A stretch of DNA of 64,000 nt from an uncultured marine group I thaumarchaeote. Lineage in GTDB: Archaea > Thermoproteota > Nitrososphaeria > Nitrososphaerales > Nitrosopumilaceae. Positions 39,498 to 48,295 of this stretch are shown piece by piece. The notes below the pieces were generated by a model. The model worked only from the letters and a program-made list of their open reading frames with translations, was not told where the DNA came from and ran no database searches. Where the stretch lies: assembly GCA_902566725.1 (NCBI GenBank), contig CACFJZ010000002.1:1432-65431 (forward strand). Direction: 5' to 3'. Position 1 is the first letter of the stretch. Each line of letters starts with the position of its first letter. The position numbers were made by a program, and so were the translations under genes.

Positions 39498-39728
39498 TTA
39501 TGCAGCGACGGATGTTGTTGGTGCCATTGGTAGACTTACCTTTGGAGTACGTTTCTTGTTTCTTGATTTTGTTCTAAGAATCATTTTACAACAAGGACAT
39601 CTAATGTCTTCTGTATCAAGCCATACTTCACACCAACTGCAACGTTTTAGTCCATATTGATACTTCATTGAATTTGGAACTTTTGTTACTTTGTACTGTG
39701 TACATATTCCCTTACATGATGCGCCCAT
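39498..39728 (-). CDS. Small Cys-rich basic zinc-finger protein
   Basis: CKGIC, CSWC, CPCC motifs, LRTKSR basic tail. Confidence 0.8.
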   Translation of the reverse strand: MGASCKGICTQYKVTKVPNSMKYQYGLKRCSWCEVWLDTEDIRCPCCKMILRTKSRNKKRTPKVSLPMAPTTSVAA

Positions 39729-39767
39729 GAATAAAATTACCCAATTCTGATATTTAACGGTTATGCA

Positions 39768-40613
39768 CTAGCGTGAGTCTAGTGCTAATTTTTTACATTT
39801 AAGTATCTGATAATCGATCAGTCCCTTTTCAAAGGAAGTTTTCATTTTTTTCATCGATTCAAAGAGTATTTTTTCTACATATTTAGAATAACGTGTCAAA
39901 ATTTTTTCCCGTAATTCAGTTCGATTTTCAAGATAGTAATCTGCAAGAGGAGGATAGACATTTTCTCCGATATTTTTTGAGTCTATTATTTCAAAATTAT
40001 TTTTTGATAGTTCGTCATAGATTTGTTTTTCAGAATAATGTTCTGAAGACCAGGTAAACTTTAAGATTCCAAGATTTGCCAGATTGGTACCCTCAATCGC
40101 AGTAGGTATTGCAAGTGCTAAAATTCCATCATCTTTTAGTATACGATAAGATTCAGAAAAAAAATCATCAATTGGCTTAAAATGCTGTGCAGATTCTAAT
40201 GCAATTACACGGTCTAATGAAGAATCAGCAAACGGCAACATTCTTGCAGTAGAATTCAATTTTGAAATATTATCAGATTCAACTGATGCCAGTTGTGAGA
40301 AATTTACATTTACAGAACAAATTCCTAAAGAAGGGTATTTTGAACCCCAGATTTTTGCAGGACCCAATATTCCACTACCAACATCAGTTACAACATGTGC
40401 AGAATCAAGTTCTGCCATATCACCCATCAAGGTACATAGTTGTTTTTGAGCATCAACAGGATTGGATATAGAATCATCCCAAAATCCAAAATTCAGCATA
40501 TCTCCACCAGTTGAAACCTCCATGATAGGAGATAATGCATCATAGAGTTTCACAACGTCAGTTTCATTTCGTCTAAACGTCCAGAGAAGAAGATCTATTG
40601 GATTGATGGACAT
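39768..40613 (-). CDS. Class I SAM-dependent methyltransferase (sterol/tocopherol MT-like)
   Basis: LNFGFW, DVGSGILG, LPFADSSLDRVIALESAQHF, RILKDDG. Confidence 0.88.
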   Translation of the reverse strand: MSINPIDLLLWTFRRNETDVVKLYDALSPIMEVSTGGDMLNFGFWDDSISNPVDAQKQLCTLMGDMAELDSAHVVTDVGSGILGPAKIWGSKYPSLGICSVNVNFSQLASVESDNISKLNSTARMLPFADSSLDRVIALESAQHFKPIDDFFSESYRILKDDGILALAIPTAIEGTNLANLGILKFTWSSEHYSEKQIYDELSKNNFEIIDSKNIGENVYPPLADYYLENRTELREKILTRYSKYVEKILFESMKKMKTSFEKGLIDYQILKCKKLALDSR

Positions 40614-40644
40614 GTTAAAAATAAAAAAACAGTAGATATATGAT

Positions 40645-40776
40645 TTAAGGTAAATCTACCAATTCTTCAACACAGTGTTTGTGAACCCAAACATCATCTG
40701 CATTTTTTGCGATTTCTTTACCTTTGCGAATATCATCGCCACATTCCTTACATTTTCCGTCAAATCGGGCTTTCAT
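40645..40776 (-). CDS. 43-aa CxxC...HxxC zinc-finger micro-protein (not in ORF track)
   Basis: MKARFDGKCKECGDDIRKGKEIAKNADDVWVHKHCVEELVDLP*; PARP-type finger spacing. Confidence 0.8.
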   Translation of the reverse strand: MKARFDGKCKECGDDIRKGKEIAKNADDVWVHKHCVEELVDLP

Positions 40777-40941
40777 GCTTTTTTATACAAGACATAATGG
40801 TAAATGTGATTCTGTGTGGATTTAGCTGACCATAACGTAGTGTAAATTCCATTTTACTCATAATGGGATCAATTTTTTTGAGCATTTTTGTCTATCAAAA
40901 GAGGCAATTTCCGTATTATAGATCAAAACAAGATATTGATT

Positions 40942-41091
40942 ATGCAAGTAGAAGAGATTGAATCAAAATCTAGGAATGAATTTTGGGATAATGCAAACAA
41001 GTATTCTTGGTCAAACGGAGAATATGAGTTTCTAAAGGAAATGTCATTTATCATGGTCAATTTACATCATCAGAATAATTCTGAAAAATAA
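40942..41091 (+). CDS. Possible 49-aa hypothetical protein
   Basis: ATG 40942 within track ORF 40888..41091; TATTATA at 40914-40920. Confidence 0.4.
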   Translation: MQVEEIESKSRNEFWDNANKYSWSNGEYEFLKEMSFIMVNLHHQNNSEK

Positions 41092-41159
41092 TAGTGCTAA
41101 AGAAAAAAAATTAACACTAGAAACGATTCCTAATAAATTCAAAACACCATTAGTAAAGA

Positions 41160-42107
41160 GTGAACAAAGATTCTGAATCCAACGATCACATTTGTAAGAA
41201 TGGTAAGAAAAAAGATGTCCTCTTAGTTACGGACAGTGCCACAGGAGAAGTAATGTGCTCAGCATGTGGCGAAGTTGTATCACAAAATATGGCAGAGTTA
41301 GGACCAGAATCATCTGCTCAATCAGGAGAAGGTTACATGTCAAAATCAAGAACCGGAAGAAAATCCACTCTTGCTTTCAACGACATGGGATTATCTACAG
41401 TAATCCAACAATCAGATAAAGATGCAACAGGTAAAAATCTCAGCGGTGAGATGAAAAGAACGTTTTACCGACTACGGATGTGGGACAAGAATAGTAAGGC
41501 AATGCCAGGACATAGAAATATGCAAAAAGCTTTCACTCTATTAGAAGGCTTGAAAGCAAAGTTGTCACTTTCTGATGCAGCAGTTGAACAAACTGCATAC
41601 ATATACAGAAAAACTTTGGCAAAAAAAATTGGAAGAGGCAGAAGTATTCCAGTGATTCTAAGCGCATGTGTTTACGCTGCATGCAGATTCACAAATACAC
41701 CAAGAACCATACAAGATATTGCTAACGCAACAAATCTACGAAGAACTTCAATTCATAGAATCTACAGAATGCTAGTAAAAGATCTCGATTTGACACTTGA
41801 GACATACAATCCGGTAAGCTTCATTACAAGAATTACAACAGATGTTGGTGCAACTGAGAAAACAAAACGGGATGCAATAAAATTCTTGATAAAGGCTGAA
41901 GAGTTGATGATAACAAGTGGAAAGAATCCAGTGGCAATGGCTGCAACTGTGGTATACTTGGCTGCAGTTTTAAATGAAGAAAAAGTATCCCAAACCCAAG
42001 TTTCTAAAGCAGCAGACATTAGTAGTGTCACAATTCGAAATCTTTGCAAGAAACTAAAGGATGCAAAAATTGCATCATTGTCAGATCCAAAAATGAAAAA
42101 AGCCTAG
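41160..42107 (+). CDS. tfb: Transcription initiation factor IIB paralogue
   Basis: GEVMCSACGEV, DMGLST, RLRMWD, two cyclin repeats, GKNP, VTIRN. Confidence 0.93.
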   Translation: MNKDSESNDHICKNGKKKDVLLVTDSATGEVMCSACGEVVSQNMAELGPESSAQSGEGYMSKSRTGRKSTLAFNDMGLSTVIQQSDKDATGKNLSGEMKRTFYRLRMWDKNSKAMPGHRNMQKAFTLLEGLKAKLSLSDAAVEQTAYIYRKTLAKKIGRGRSIPVILSACVYAACRFTNTPRTIQDIANATNLRRTSIHRIYRMLVKDLDLTLETYNPVSFITRITTDVGATEKTKRDAIKFLIKAEELMITSGKNPVAMAATVVYLAAVLNEEKVSQTQVSKAADISSVTIRNLCKKLKDAKIASLSDPKMKKA

Positions 42108-42125
42108 TAGGTTAGTGAGATAGAA

Positions 42126-42323
42126 CTAACCAAGTTCACTTTTTTTAATTCCACTTGTCTCAATTTCATAGCGAAGTGGAGCAGGTAATTCCATGTATGG
42201 TTTGTTTACCAAAATTTTGATTTGATCATCAGGTACTTGAACACGTTTTAGTAATTTACCACGTTGATGTGCATAAGATTTTTTCCAGAATGTAATTCCA
42301 TCAAAGGTTTCGATTTTAACCAT
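42126..42323 (-). CDS. Small hypothetical protein coupled to EF-2
   Basis: 65 aa; start overlaps the EF-2 stop (TAATG). Confidence 0.75.
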   Translation of the reverse strand: MVKIETFDGITFWKKSYAHQRGKLLKRVQVPDDQIKILVNKPYMELPAPLRYEIETSGIKKSELG

Positions 42324-44518
42324 TAGTCTCTGTCGATAAATTCAGTTGCTTCTGGAGGAGATGGACTTAATCCTTTTCTCTTTCGAATATCTTCTGTTAA
42401 GGTTGCAGCAATTGATTTTGGAACAGGAGTCCATGCCTTGAAGTGTGTATTCCACATTGCTTTACCAGCAGTCTGACCTCTCATCTTTTCAGAAATATCA
42501 AATGTTTCAACTGCAGGAACTTCACCAATTACAATACTTGTTGCACCTTTTTGTTGCATGTCTAAGACCTTACCACGTTTTCCTTGTAATACAGAAGAAA
42601 CGTTTCCTATGAGATCAGTTGGGACACGAACCTCAATTGCAAGCATTGGTTCTAACAAAACAGGTTCTGCAGACAAGAATGCTGCAAGACATGCACGTCT
42701 TGATGCAGGGCCAATTTGAGATAACCCTCTGTGAGCAGTATCCTCGTGAGGAACAAAGTGAGTGAATGTGAATTTGCAGTTTCTTACCTGCTCTTTTGTA
42801 AGACCGCCTTCACTCATTACTTCATCAAATCCTGAAAGTAATGAATCAGTAGACTCATCTACAAACTGAACACCTTTTGTTCCGTTAATCATAATATTTC
42901 CACGTGAATCAAATTTCATGACCTTCTTTGCAACATCGGGTGCCCAACCTTTATCACGTAATATTTGTGAGGTTTCTTTTTTATCCTTCATTTCACTTAG
43001 GGTACCATTTCTACACATCTCAGCTATTTCAGGTTCTAAAGGTTCGACCTTCATGAAAATTTTATTGTGGCGATTTGGGGATTTTGCCATAACAGGCTCA
43101 CAGCCACCATTGATTGTTTCTCGATAGTTGATTAATGGTTCAGAAGTTACAATCTCTACTTTTGCATCTTTGATTAGGTTTACTGCCACATCAAGATGGA
43201 GTACGCCCATTCCAGCCATAATTGTCTCACCGCTTTCTTCATCAATTTTGATTACAAGGTTTGGGTCTTCAATGGTAAGTTTTCTCAAAACTTCAACAAG
43301 TTTTGGCAAGTCTTTAGGATGTTTTGGTTCAATTGCCATCTGAACAACAGGTTCTGAAACATATTTTGATGCTTCAAAGACATCACAATCTTTGTTTGTA
43401 GATACTGTTTGGCCAGCACGTGCTTCTGTTAAACCAAGTAATGCAGGAATGTTTCCAGCAGATAGTTCACCTACCTGTTCTCTTACATTTGACATGAAAA
43501 AGTTTACAGATTGAACACGTCCTTCTCGGTTAGAATCTATAATGTTAATTGTTTGACCATCTTTTATTTTTCCTGAGAATAGTCTTCCAATTGCCACAGG
43601 GCCTGCAGCAGGATCAATTGTCATGTTTACAATCATCATTACCGTCGGTCCGTTATCGTCACAGTTGAGAATTGATTTACCTAGGTCTGACTCAAGATCA
43701 CCTTTCCAGATTTTCGGAATTCTATACTTTTGTGCAGTGTGTGGAGGAGGATGATGTTTTACAACCATACCCAATACAGCCTCAGCAAGAGGTGCTTTTT
43801 CTACCAGATCTTCAACTTTACCAGAATCAGAATATGCATCAATTACATCTTTGAAAGTGACACCTTTCTTCTTCATAATATCTACATTAATTGCCCATCT
43901 ATCTTTTGCAGAACCAAATGTTACACTGCCATCTTGAATTGATACCTTCCATTTTTCTTTGTATTCTTCTTCAGCATACGTGTCAATTAGTTCATTAAAG
44001 TTTGCAACAACACTTGCAAGGGTTTCTTGCATTTTTTCAGGAGTTAATCTTAGTTCTTTGATTAATCGATCAATTTTATTGATATACAAAACAGGTCTTA
44101 CTCTCTCTTCAAGAGACATTCTAGTTACTGTCTCAGTTTGAGTCATAATTCCTTCTACAGCATCACATACTACAACAGCACCGTCAATTGCTCTAAGACT
44201 TCTGATTACACGTCCAGAAAAATCTACGTGACCTGGAGTATCAATCATATTGATGACATAATCATTGTCATCTTCTTGATAGTGTAATGTGACATTAGCC
44301 TGAACAATAGTAATACCTCTTTCCTGTTCAGCCTTCATAGAGTCCATTGCCAGGGCATTACCTGCAGAAGATGGAGAGATAATTCCAGAGTGGGCCAAAA
44401 GACTATCACTCATTGTTGTTTTTCCATGATCTACATGAGCAATGACGCCAAAGTTCCTGATCTTATCTTTGTCACTGATAATTTTCATGACTTCTGAGGT
44501 GGACTTGTATTTAGTCAT
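42323..44518 (-). CDS. fusA: Translation elongation factor EF-2
   Basis: AHVDHGKTT, RGITI, DTPGHVDF, NKID, diphthamide-loop HEDTAHRG; start ATG 44518. Confidence 0.97.
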   Translation of the reverse strand: MTKYKSTSEVMKIISDKDKIRNFGVIAHVDHGKTTMSDSLLAHSGIISPSSAGNALAMDSMKAEQERGITIVQANVTLHYQEDDNDYVINMIDTPGHVDFSGRVIRSLRAIDGAVVVCDAVEGIMTQTETVTRMSLEERVRPVLYINKIDRLIKELRLTPEKMQETLASVVANFNELIDTYAEEEYKEKWKVSIQDGSVTFGSAKDRWAINVDIMKKKGVTFKDVIDAYSDSGKVEDLVEKAPLAEAVLGMVVKHHPPPHTAQKYRIPKIWKGDLESDLGKSILNCDDNGPTVMMIVNMTIDPAAGPVAIGRLFSGKIKDGQTINIIDSNREGRVQSVNFFMSNVREQVGELSAGNIPALLGLTEARAGQTVSTNKDCDVFEASKYVSEPVVQMAIEPKHPKDLPKLVEVLRKLTIEDPNLVIKIDEESGETIMAGMGVLHLDVAVNLIKDAKVEIVTSEPLINYRETINGGCEPVMAKSPNRHNKIFMKVEPLEPEIAEMCRNGTLSEMKDKKETSQILRDKGWAPDVAKKVMKFDSRGNIMINGTKGVQFVDESTDSLLSGFDEVMSEGGLTKEQVRNCKFTFTHFVPHEDTAHRGLSQIGPASRRACLAAFLSAEPVLLEPMLAIEVRVPTDLIGNVSSVLQGKRGKVLDMQQKGATSIVIGEVPAVETFDISEKMRGQTAGKAMWNTHFKAWTPVPKSIAATLTEDIRKRKGLSPSPPEATEFIDRD

Positions 44519-44592
44519 ATGGCGATAATCCAAGGTAGACGGGTATTAAACCTTATGAGAAAATTACAGATTAAAAGATCAAATTTGTAAAA

Positions 44593-45252
44593 TCAAAGAT
44601 CAATTTCACTTTGTTCAATCAACTGTTTTGTCATTTGGATATATGATTCAGGATCCATCTCTTTTGCAAATCCTTTGTCAGTATTGATTAGATATACAGA
44701 ATGGATTTGTGCGTTTTTTATATCATCTAGTTTGATCTGGGGGTTTTTGTAGAATCGGTCACAGAGTTTTTTTAATTTTTCAACATCTTCGGATTTTCGT
44801 GAATTGGGATGAAGTAAGAAAATTTCAGATATAGGAAGAATATTTACGACTGGCGTAGCAAGGGAGAATTTTCCACAATGTTTACTGTATCTTGCAATTT
44901 TACTCACAATTCTAGCTGCATAGTAATCAACGGTATCTAACGCATGTTCGGGAGGAGTAAAACCAGTCTCAATTTCAATTATGGTCATATTATCACCTTT
45001 TTTTCCAAATAAATCACATACCAATACACCAGATATTGATTTTTCAACATCAACGGAGAATCCATGTGAGATTAGTTCTGCTGCACATATTAATTCAAGA
45101 ACAGAATGATTGATCTTTACGAGATTTTTTTTGTAATATTCAATTAGAGTTTGCCTTACAAAATTCAGTTTTGGAACCAGTTCAGGAGGCAAATGCTCAG
45201 ACAAGAGTTCAGTTATTGAATAAACATCATCTTGAAATTTTTCAACATCCAA
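44593..45252 (-). CDS. Hypothetical protein with possible PD-(D/E)xK nuclease-like core
   Basis: VDVEK...CDLFG...IIEIETG pattern. Confidence 0.65.
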   Translation of the reverse strand: MDVEKFQDDVYSITELLSEHLPPELVPKLNFVRQTLIEYYKKNLVKINHSVLELICAAELISHGFSVDVEKSISGVLVCDLFGKKGDNMTIIEIETGFTPPEHALDTVDYYAARIVSKIARYSKHCGKFSLATPVVNILPISEIFLLHPNSRKSEDVEKLKKLCDRFYKNPQIKLDDIKNAQIHSVYLINTDKGFAKEMDPESYIQMTKQLIEQSEIDL

Positions 45253-45311
45253 CTACAAGTTTCAGAGAATTTTGCTTCTTAAGAAGTTTAACAATTATTG
45301 TAAGTCGATTC

Positions 45312-45335
45312 AAGAAAAATAGAAAATAAGAAAAG
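45312..45335 (-). terminator. T-rich archaeal terminator after the PEFG-CTERM gene
   Basis: Minus strand reads CTTTTCTTATTTTCTATTTTTCTT immediately after the stop. Confidence 0.5.
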
Positions 45336-45342
45336 TGGACAG

Positions 45343-45822
45343 TTAGATTCGGGGTGTGAAGCTAAGTCTGCCTTTTGCAGATAGTACTATGATTGAAGAA
45401 ATTGCAACAACAAGTACCAATGATGCAATTGTGCCGAATTCTGGAACAACTGCTCCGTCAGCAATCTCTACTTCAACAGTTGATTTGTTCATTGAGGCAG
45501 AACCTTGTTGTGCGCTAATGGAATAAACGCCATCTTGTTTCCACATTGGACCGCCAACTCCGATTGTTGAAGTGAATGAACCATCAGAATCAGGGTTAAT
45601 TTGATCAATAGAAACTACGTTTCCATTTGGTGCAAGTACCATGATTGTTACAGGAACGTTACTTGATGTAGCATGACCTGTGATGGTGATTGTTGTTGAA
45701 CCCTCAACTGCATCTGCTTCAATTGACAAACCTTCGTCACCGTGTCCAGCAAATGCCATAGGCATTGCTGCAACTAGCATGAAGCTTGCCAAAATTGTCA
45801 GTGTGTGTTTTGAGTTAATCAC
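45343..45822 (-). CDS. PEFG-CTERM sorting-domain surface protein
   Basis: Signal peptide, Ig-like body, VVPEFG followed by TM helix and basic residues. Confidence 0.92.
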   Translation of the reverse strand: MINSKHTLTILASFMLVAAMPMAFAGHGDEGLSIEADAVEGSTTITITGHATSSNVPVTIMVLAPNGNVVSIDQINPDSDGSFTSTIGVGGPMWKQDGVYSISAQQGSASMNKSTVEVEIADGAVVPEFGTIASLVLVVAISSIIVLSAKGRLSFTPRI

Positions 45823-45883
45823 TGGTATAACAACCGAATATGTGTATATAAACAGTCTGATTGATTGGATCTGTATTTTTTAT

Positions 45884-46123
45884 TTATTTTTCTTTTAAGA
45901 ATATACGAATTGCTTCTAGATGAGAACAATTTGCTTTCAATCCCTTACCATGATGAAATTTATAGAAATTTTTGAAGCCGGGGCACTCACATGAGTCATG
46001 TGTTACAAAATAGGATTTTGACGGATCGCTTGAAGATTTAACTTGGAATAGATCATCTTCAATTTTTACAACACCGCCATTTTCAACAAGATTCTTTGCT
46101 TTTCTAATGGTATTAGAACTCAA
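45884..46123 (-). CDS. SWIM zinc-finger protein
   Basis: CECPGF...CSHLEA (CxC...CxH); start TTG 46123 avoids overlap with the rhodanese gene. Confidence 0.82.
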   Translation of the reverse strand: MSSNTIRKAKNLVENGGVVKIEDDLFQVKSSSDPSKSYFVTHDSCECPGFKNFYKFHHGKGLKANCSHLEAIRIFLKEK

Positions 46124-46124
46124 A

Positions 46125-46418
46125 TTATTGAGTCCAAGCCATGTAGCCACCTTCAAGATTTACTGCAGAAAACCCAGCTTTTACTAATTCATCTGCTGCA
46201 ATATTTCCACGATAGCCTGATGCACAGTAAACACAGATTTTCTTATCTTTTAGGTCATCAATTTGTCCTTTTTTTGCATTTCTGATAGCAAGTCCTAGAG
46301 GCATATTTTGTGAATTATCAATTGCACCGTTTGCAACCTCATCGGGCTCTCTAACATCAATGATAACAAAGTGGTCTTGTTGTTCTTTTAGTTGGTCTTT
46401 TGTTATTGATTCAGCCAT
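46125..46418 (-). CDS. Single-domain rhodanese
   Basis: IIDVREPDE, active-site loop CASGYRG, LEGGYMAW; start ATG 46418. Confidence 0.92.
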   Translation of the reverse strand: MAESITKDQLKEQQDHFVIIDVREPDEVANGAIDNSQNMPLGLAIRNAKKGQIDDLKDKKICVYCASGYRGNIAADELVKAGFSAVNLEGGYMAWTQ

Positions 46419-46470
46419 GTATATTTGACACAGTATTGACATATATTTTTTAATTTTAAAAATATGGTAG

Positions 46471-46854
46471 ATGAATGAAACAGAATTACAGAAGATAATA
46501 CAAGAAAATAGATCAAATTTCAAGATGATAATCGAAGATAACATATTCGAGATAAATGAAATGGATGTTTTTCAAACCGATAACCCAATAACAGAGCCAA
46601 CAACCAGAGGAGGAGTGTATTTTGCAGAAATGAAAGAGCTGAAAGTACAAGCAACTATACTAGATACAAAAGTGTCGAAACACCTTTCAAAAGCAATGCT
46701 TGGGCCAAACAAAGATTTTCTAGATATTGAATTAAAGGCAAAAATGGATAGTAGTAAAGAAATTTGTCTAATTACCAATCTAACAAATAGTATGCAGAAT
46801 GCATCAAAGGTGATTCTTTATCTTACACTCAAGAATGTAACAATAGAATCATAA
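46471..46854 (+). CDS. Hypothetical protein
   Basis: 127-aa ORF containing PTTRGGVYF. Confidence 0.75.
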   Translation: MNETELQKIIQENRSNFKMIIEDNIFEINEMDVFQTDNPITEPTTRGGVYFAEMKELKVQATILDTKVSKHLSKAMLGPNKDFLDIELKAKMDSSKEICLITNLTNSMQNASKVILYLTLKNVTIES

Positions 46855-47682
46855 TAATTTACAAAATTTATCATATTCTTGTTTTAGTTTTTTATCAGAT
46901 AAGACTTCATATGCTTTATTGATTTGAGTCATTTTTTCTTCTGAGGAATCTTTGTTTTTATCAGGATGATATTGTTTTGCGAGTTTTCTGTATTGATTTT
47001 TAATTTCAGATTGTGTAGAATCATTTGTTAATCCCAATATCAAATAATAATTTGGTAGTGATTTATCATTATACATTTCACGAAATTCTTTTGCATTAGT
47101 ATTTTGTTTTCTAGAACCAAAGATTTCTTCTTCAGACCACTCAGAATGATATTTTTCATAATCACGATCTTTTTTTGAGTCTAACTTTACATCATCATAA
47201 CTTGTTTTCTTTCGTAAAATGATGTGTCTTGCCAGATAAATGAAAATTCCTGCTACAATTATTACTGCAATAGTGAATGTCAGGTATAGATCTTCAGGAC
47301 TTACATAATAATCAGATACTGCTGAAGGAGGGTTTACTTGAGCACCAGAATCATAGAAAAATTTTGCGTTAGAGACATCATCGCCAGATTCAACAATGAT
47401 AAGATAATTCCCACTAATTTGCCAGCCTCCAATACCCGCTATGATTAATGTAGAAAATTTATTTTCATCATCAGGTTTTAGGCTTTCATTCCAAACATTA
47501 TTTCCATCAGGATCCTTTATTGAAATGAAAACAGAATCAAAATTACTTGTCCCCCATACAGAAATGAAGTCAGATTTTTCATAGAGTGTATTATCGATAT
47601 TCAGAGTTAATTCTTCGGCAAATACATTAGAAATAGGAAAAAGTACAATAAAAAATAATACAAAAAGATAGGCATTTTTCAT
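46849..47682 (-). CDS. Membrane protein with exported Ig-like domain, TM helix and C-terminal J-domain
   Basis: Signal peptide; TM; NYYLILGL...YRKLAKQYHPDKN...INKAYEVLSD. Confidence 0.9.
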   Translation of the reverse strand: MKNAYLFVLFFIVLFPISNVFAEELTLNIDNTLYEKSDFISVWGTSNFDSVFISIKDPDGNNVWNESLKPDDENKFSTLIIAGIGGWQISGNYLIIVESGDDVSNAKFFYDSGAQVNPPSAVSDYYVSPEDLYLTFTIAVIIVAGIFIYLARHIILRKKTSYDDVKLDSKKDRDYEKYHSEWSEEEIFGSRKQNTNAKEFREMYNDKSLPNYYLILGLTNDSTQSEIKNQYRKLAKQYHPDKNKDSSEEKMTQINKAYEVLSDKKLKQEYDKFCKLL

Positions 47683-47825
47683 ATGTCATTTCAACATTAG
47701 ATAAAATATAACGTAAACTATTCTATTTGTGCTAAAAAACTCTCCAAAATCACACCTGAAAATAACCAAAAGTGTTGAAAAAAATTAACAGGTTTTTGCT
47801 AATAAGAGAGATCAGTTGAAAGTAC

Positions 47826-47969
47826 ATGGTAATAGGTTACTGCGTAAAATGCAGAGACAAAAGAGAAATGAATGGTACCCAAGCTGTAACCATGAAAAAT
47901 GGCAAACCAGCAACAAAAGGTACATGCCCAACATGCGGCATATCGATGTTCAGGATTGGAAAAGCATAA
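47826..47969 (+). CDS. 47-aa basic zinc-ribbon protein, DUF5679-like (not in ORF track)
   Basis: MVIGYCVKCRDKREMNGTQAVTMKNGKPATKGTCPTCGISMFRIGKA*. Confidence 0.85.
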   Translation: MVIGYCVKCRDKREMNGTQAVTMKNGKPATKGTCPTCGISMFRIGKA

Positions 47970-48003
47970 CTGAACATCAAAATATCTTTTTTAGGAAATT
48001 TTT

Positions 48004-48264
48004 CTAGGGATAGTTCCACTCATCAGAAATGCCATTCCATAATGAACGAAAAGGTTTAGGAGATTTTTCAATTTCACCCTCAATTCGGTTTTCTACGACA
48101 AAAAAGAAATTTTCCATAGCATCGACCCCACCATCATTGAATATCTCTTTACCGATATCTTTGAGTCTAGATTTTTTCGATTCTATTTCAGAAGAGTCAG
48201 GATTTTGTAGACAATATGTAAGAAGATCAATCATTTCTTCCTCTAACATAAAATCCATGAACAA
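48004..48264 (-). CDS. Hypothetical acidic protein
   Basis: 86-aa ORF; GGVDAM...LWNGI. Confidence 0.75.
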   Translation of the reverse strand: MFMDFMLEEEMIDLLTYCLQNPDSSEIESKKSRLKDIGKEIFNDGGVDAMENFFFVVENRIEGEIEKSPKPFRSLWNGISDEWNYP

Positions 48265-48295
48265 CCAAGATATCCTATACTAAAAAATATTCGGA

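Noticed and set aside
39762-39788. TATGCACTA-N9-TAGTGCTAA resembles the bacterial CIRCE element (TTAGCACTC-N9-GAGTGCTAA)
   Set aside because: Several mismatches, no hrcA or chaperone operon adjacent, and other copies of the half-site lack this geometry; treated as part of the TTRGCACTA motif instead
47816-48019. Track ORFs 47816..48007 (+) and 47837..48019 (-)
   Set aside because: A different + frame (47826..47969) gives a coherent zinc-ribbon protein; these two are shadows
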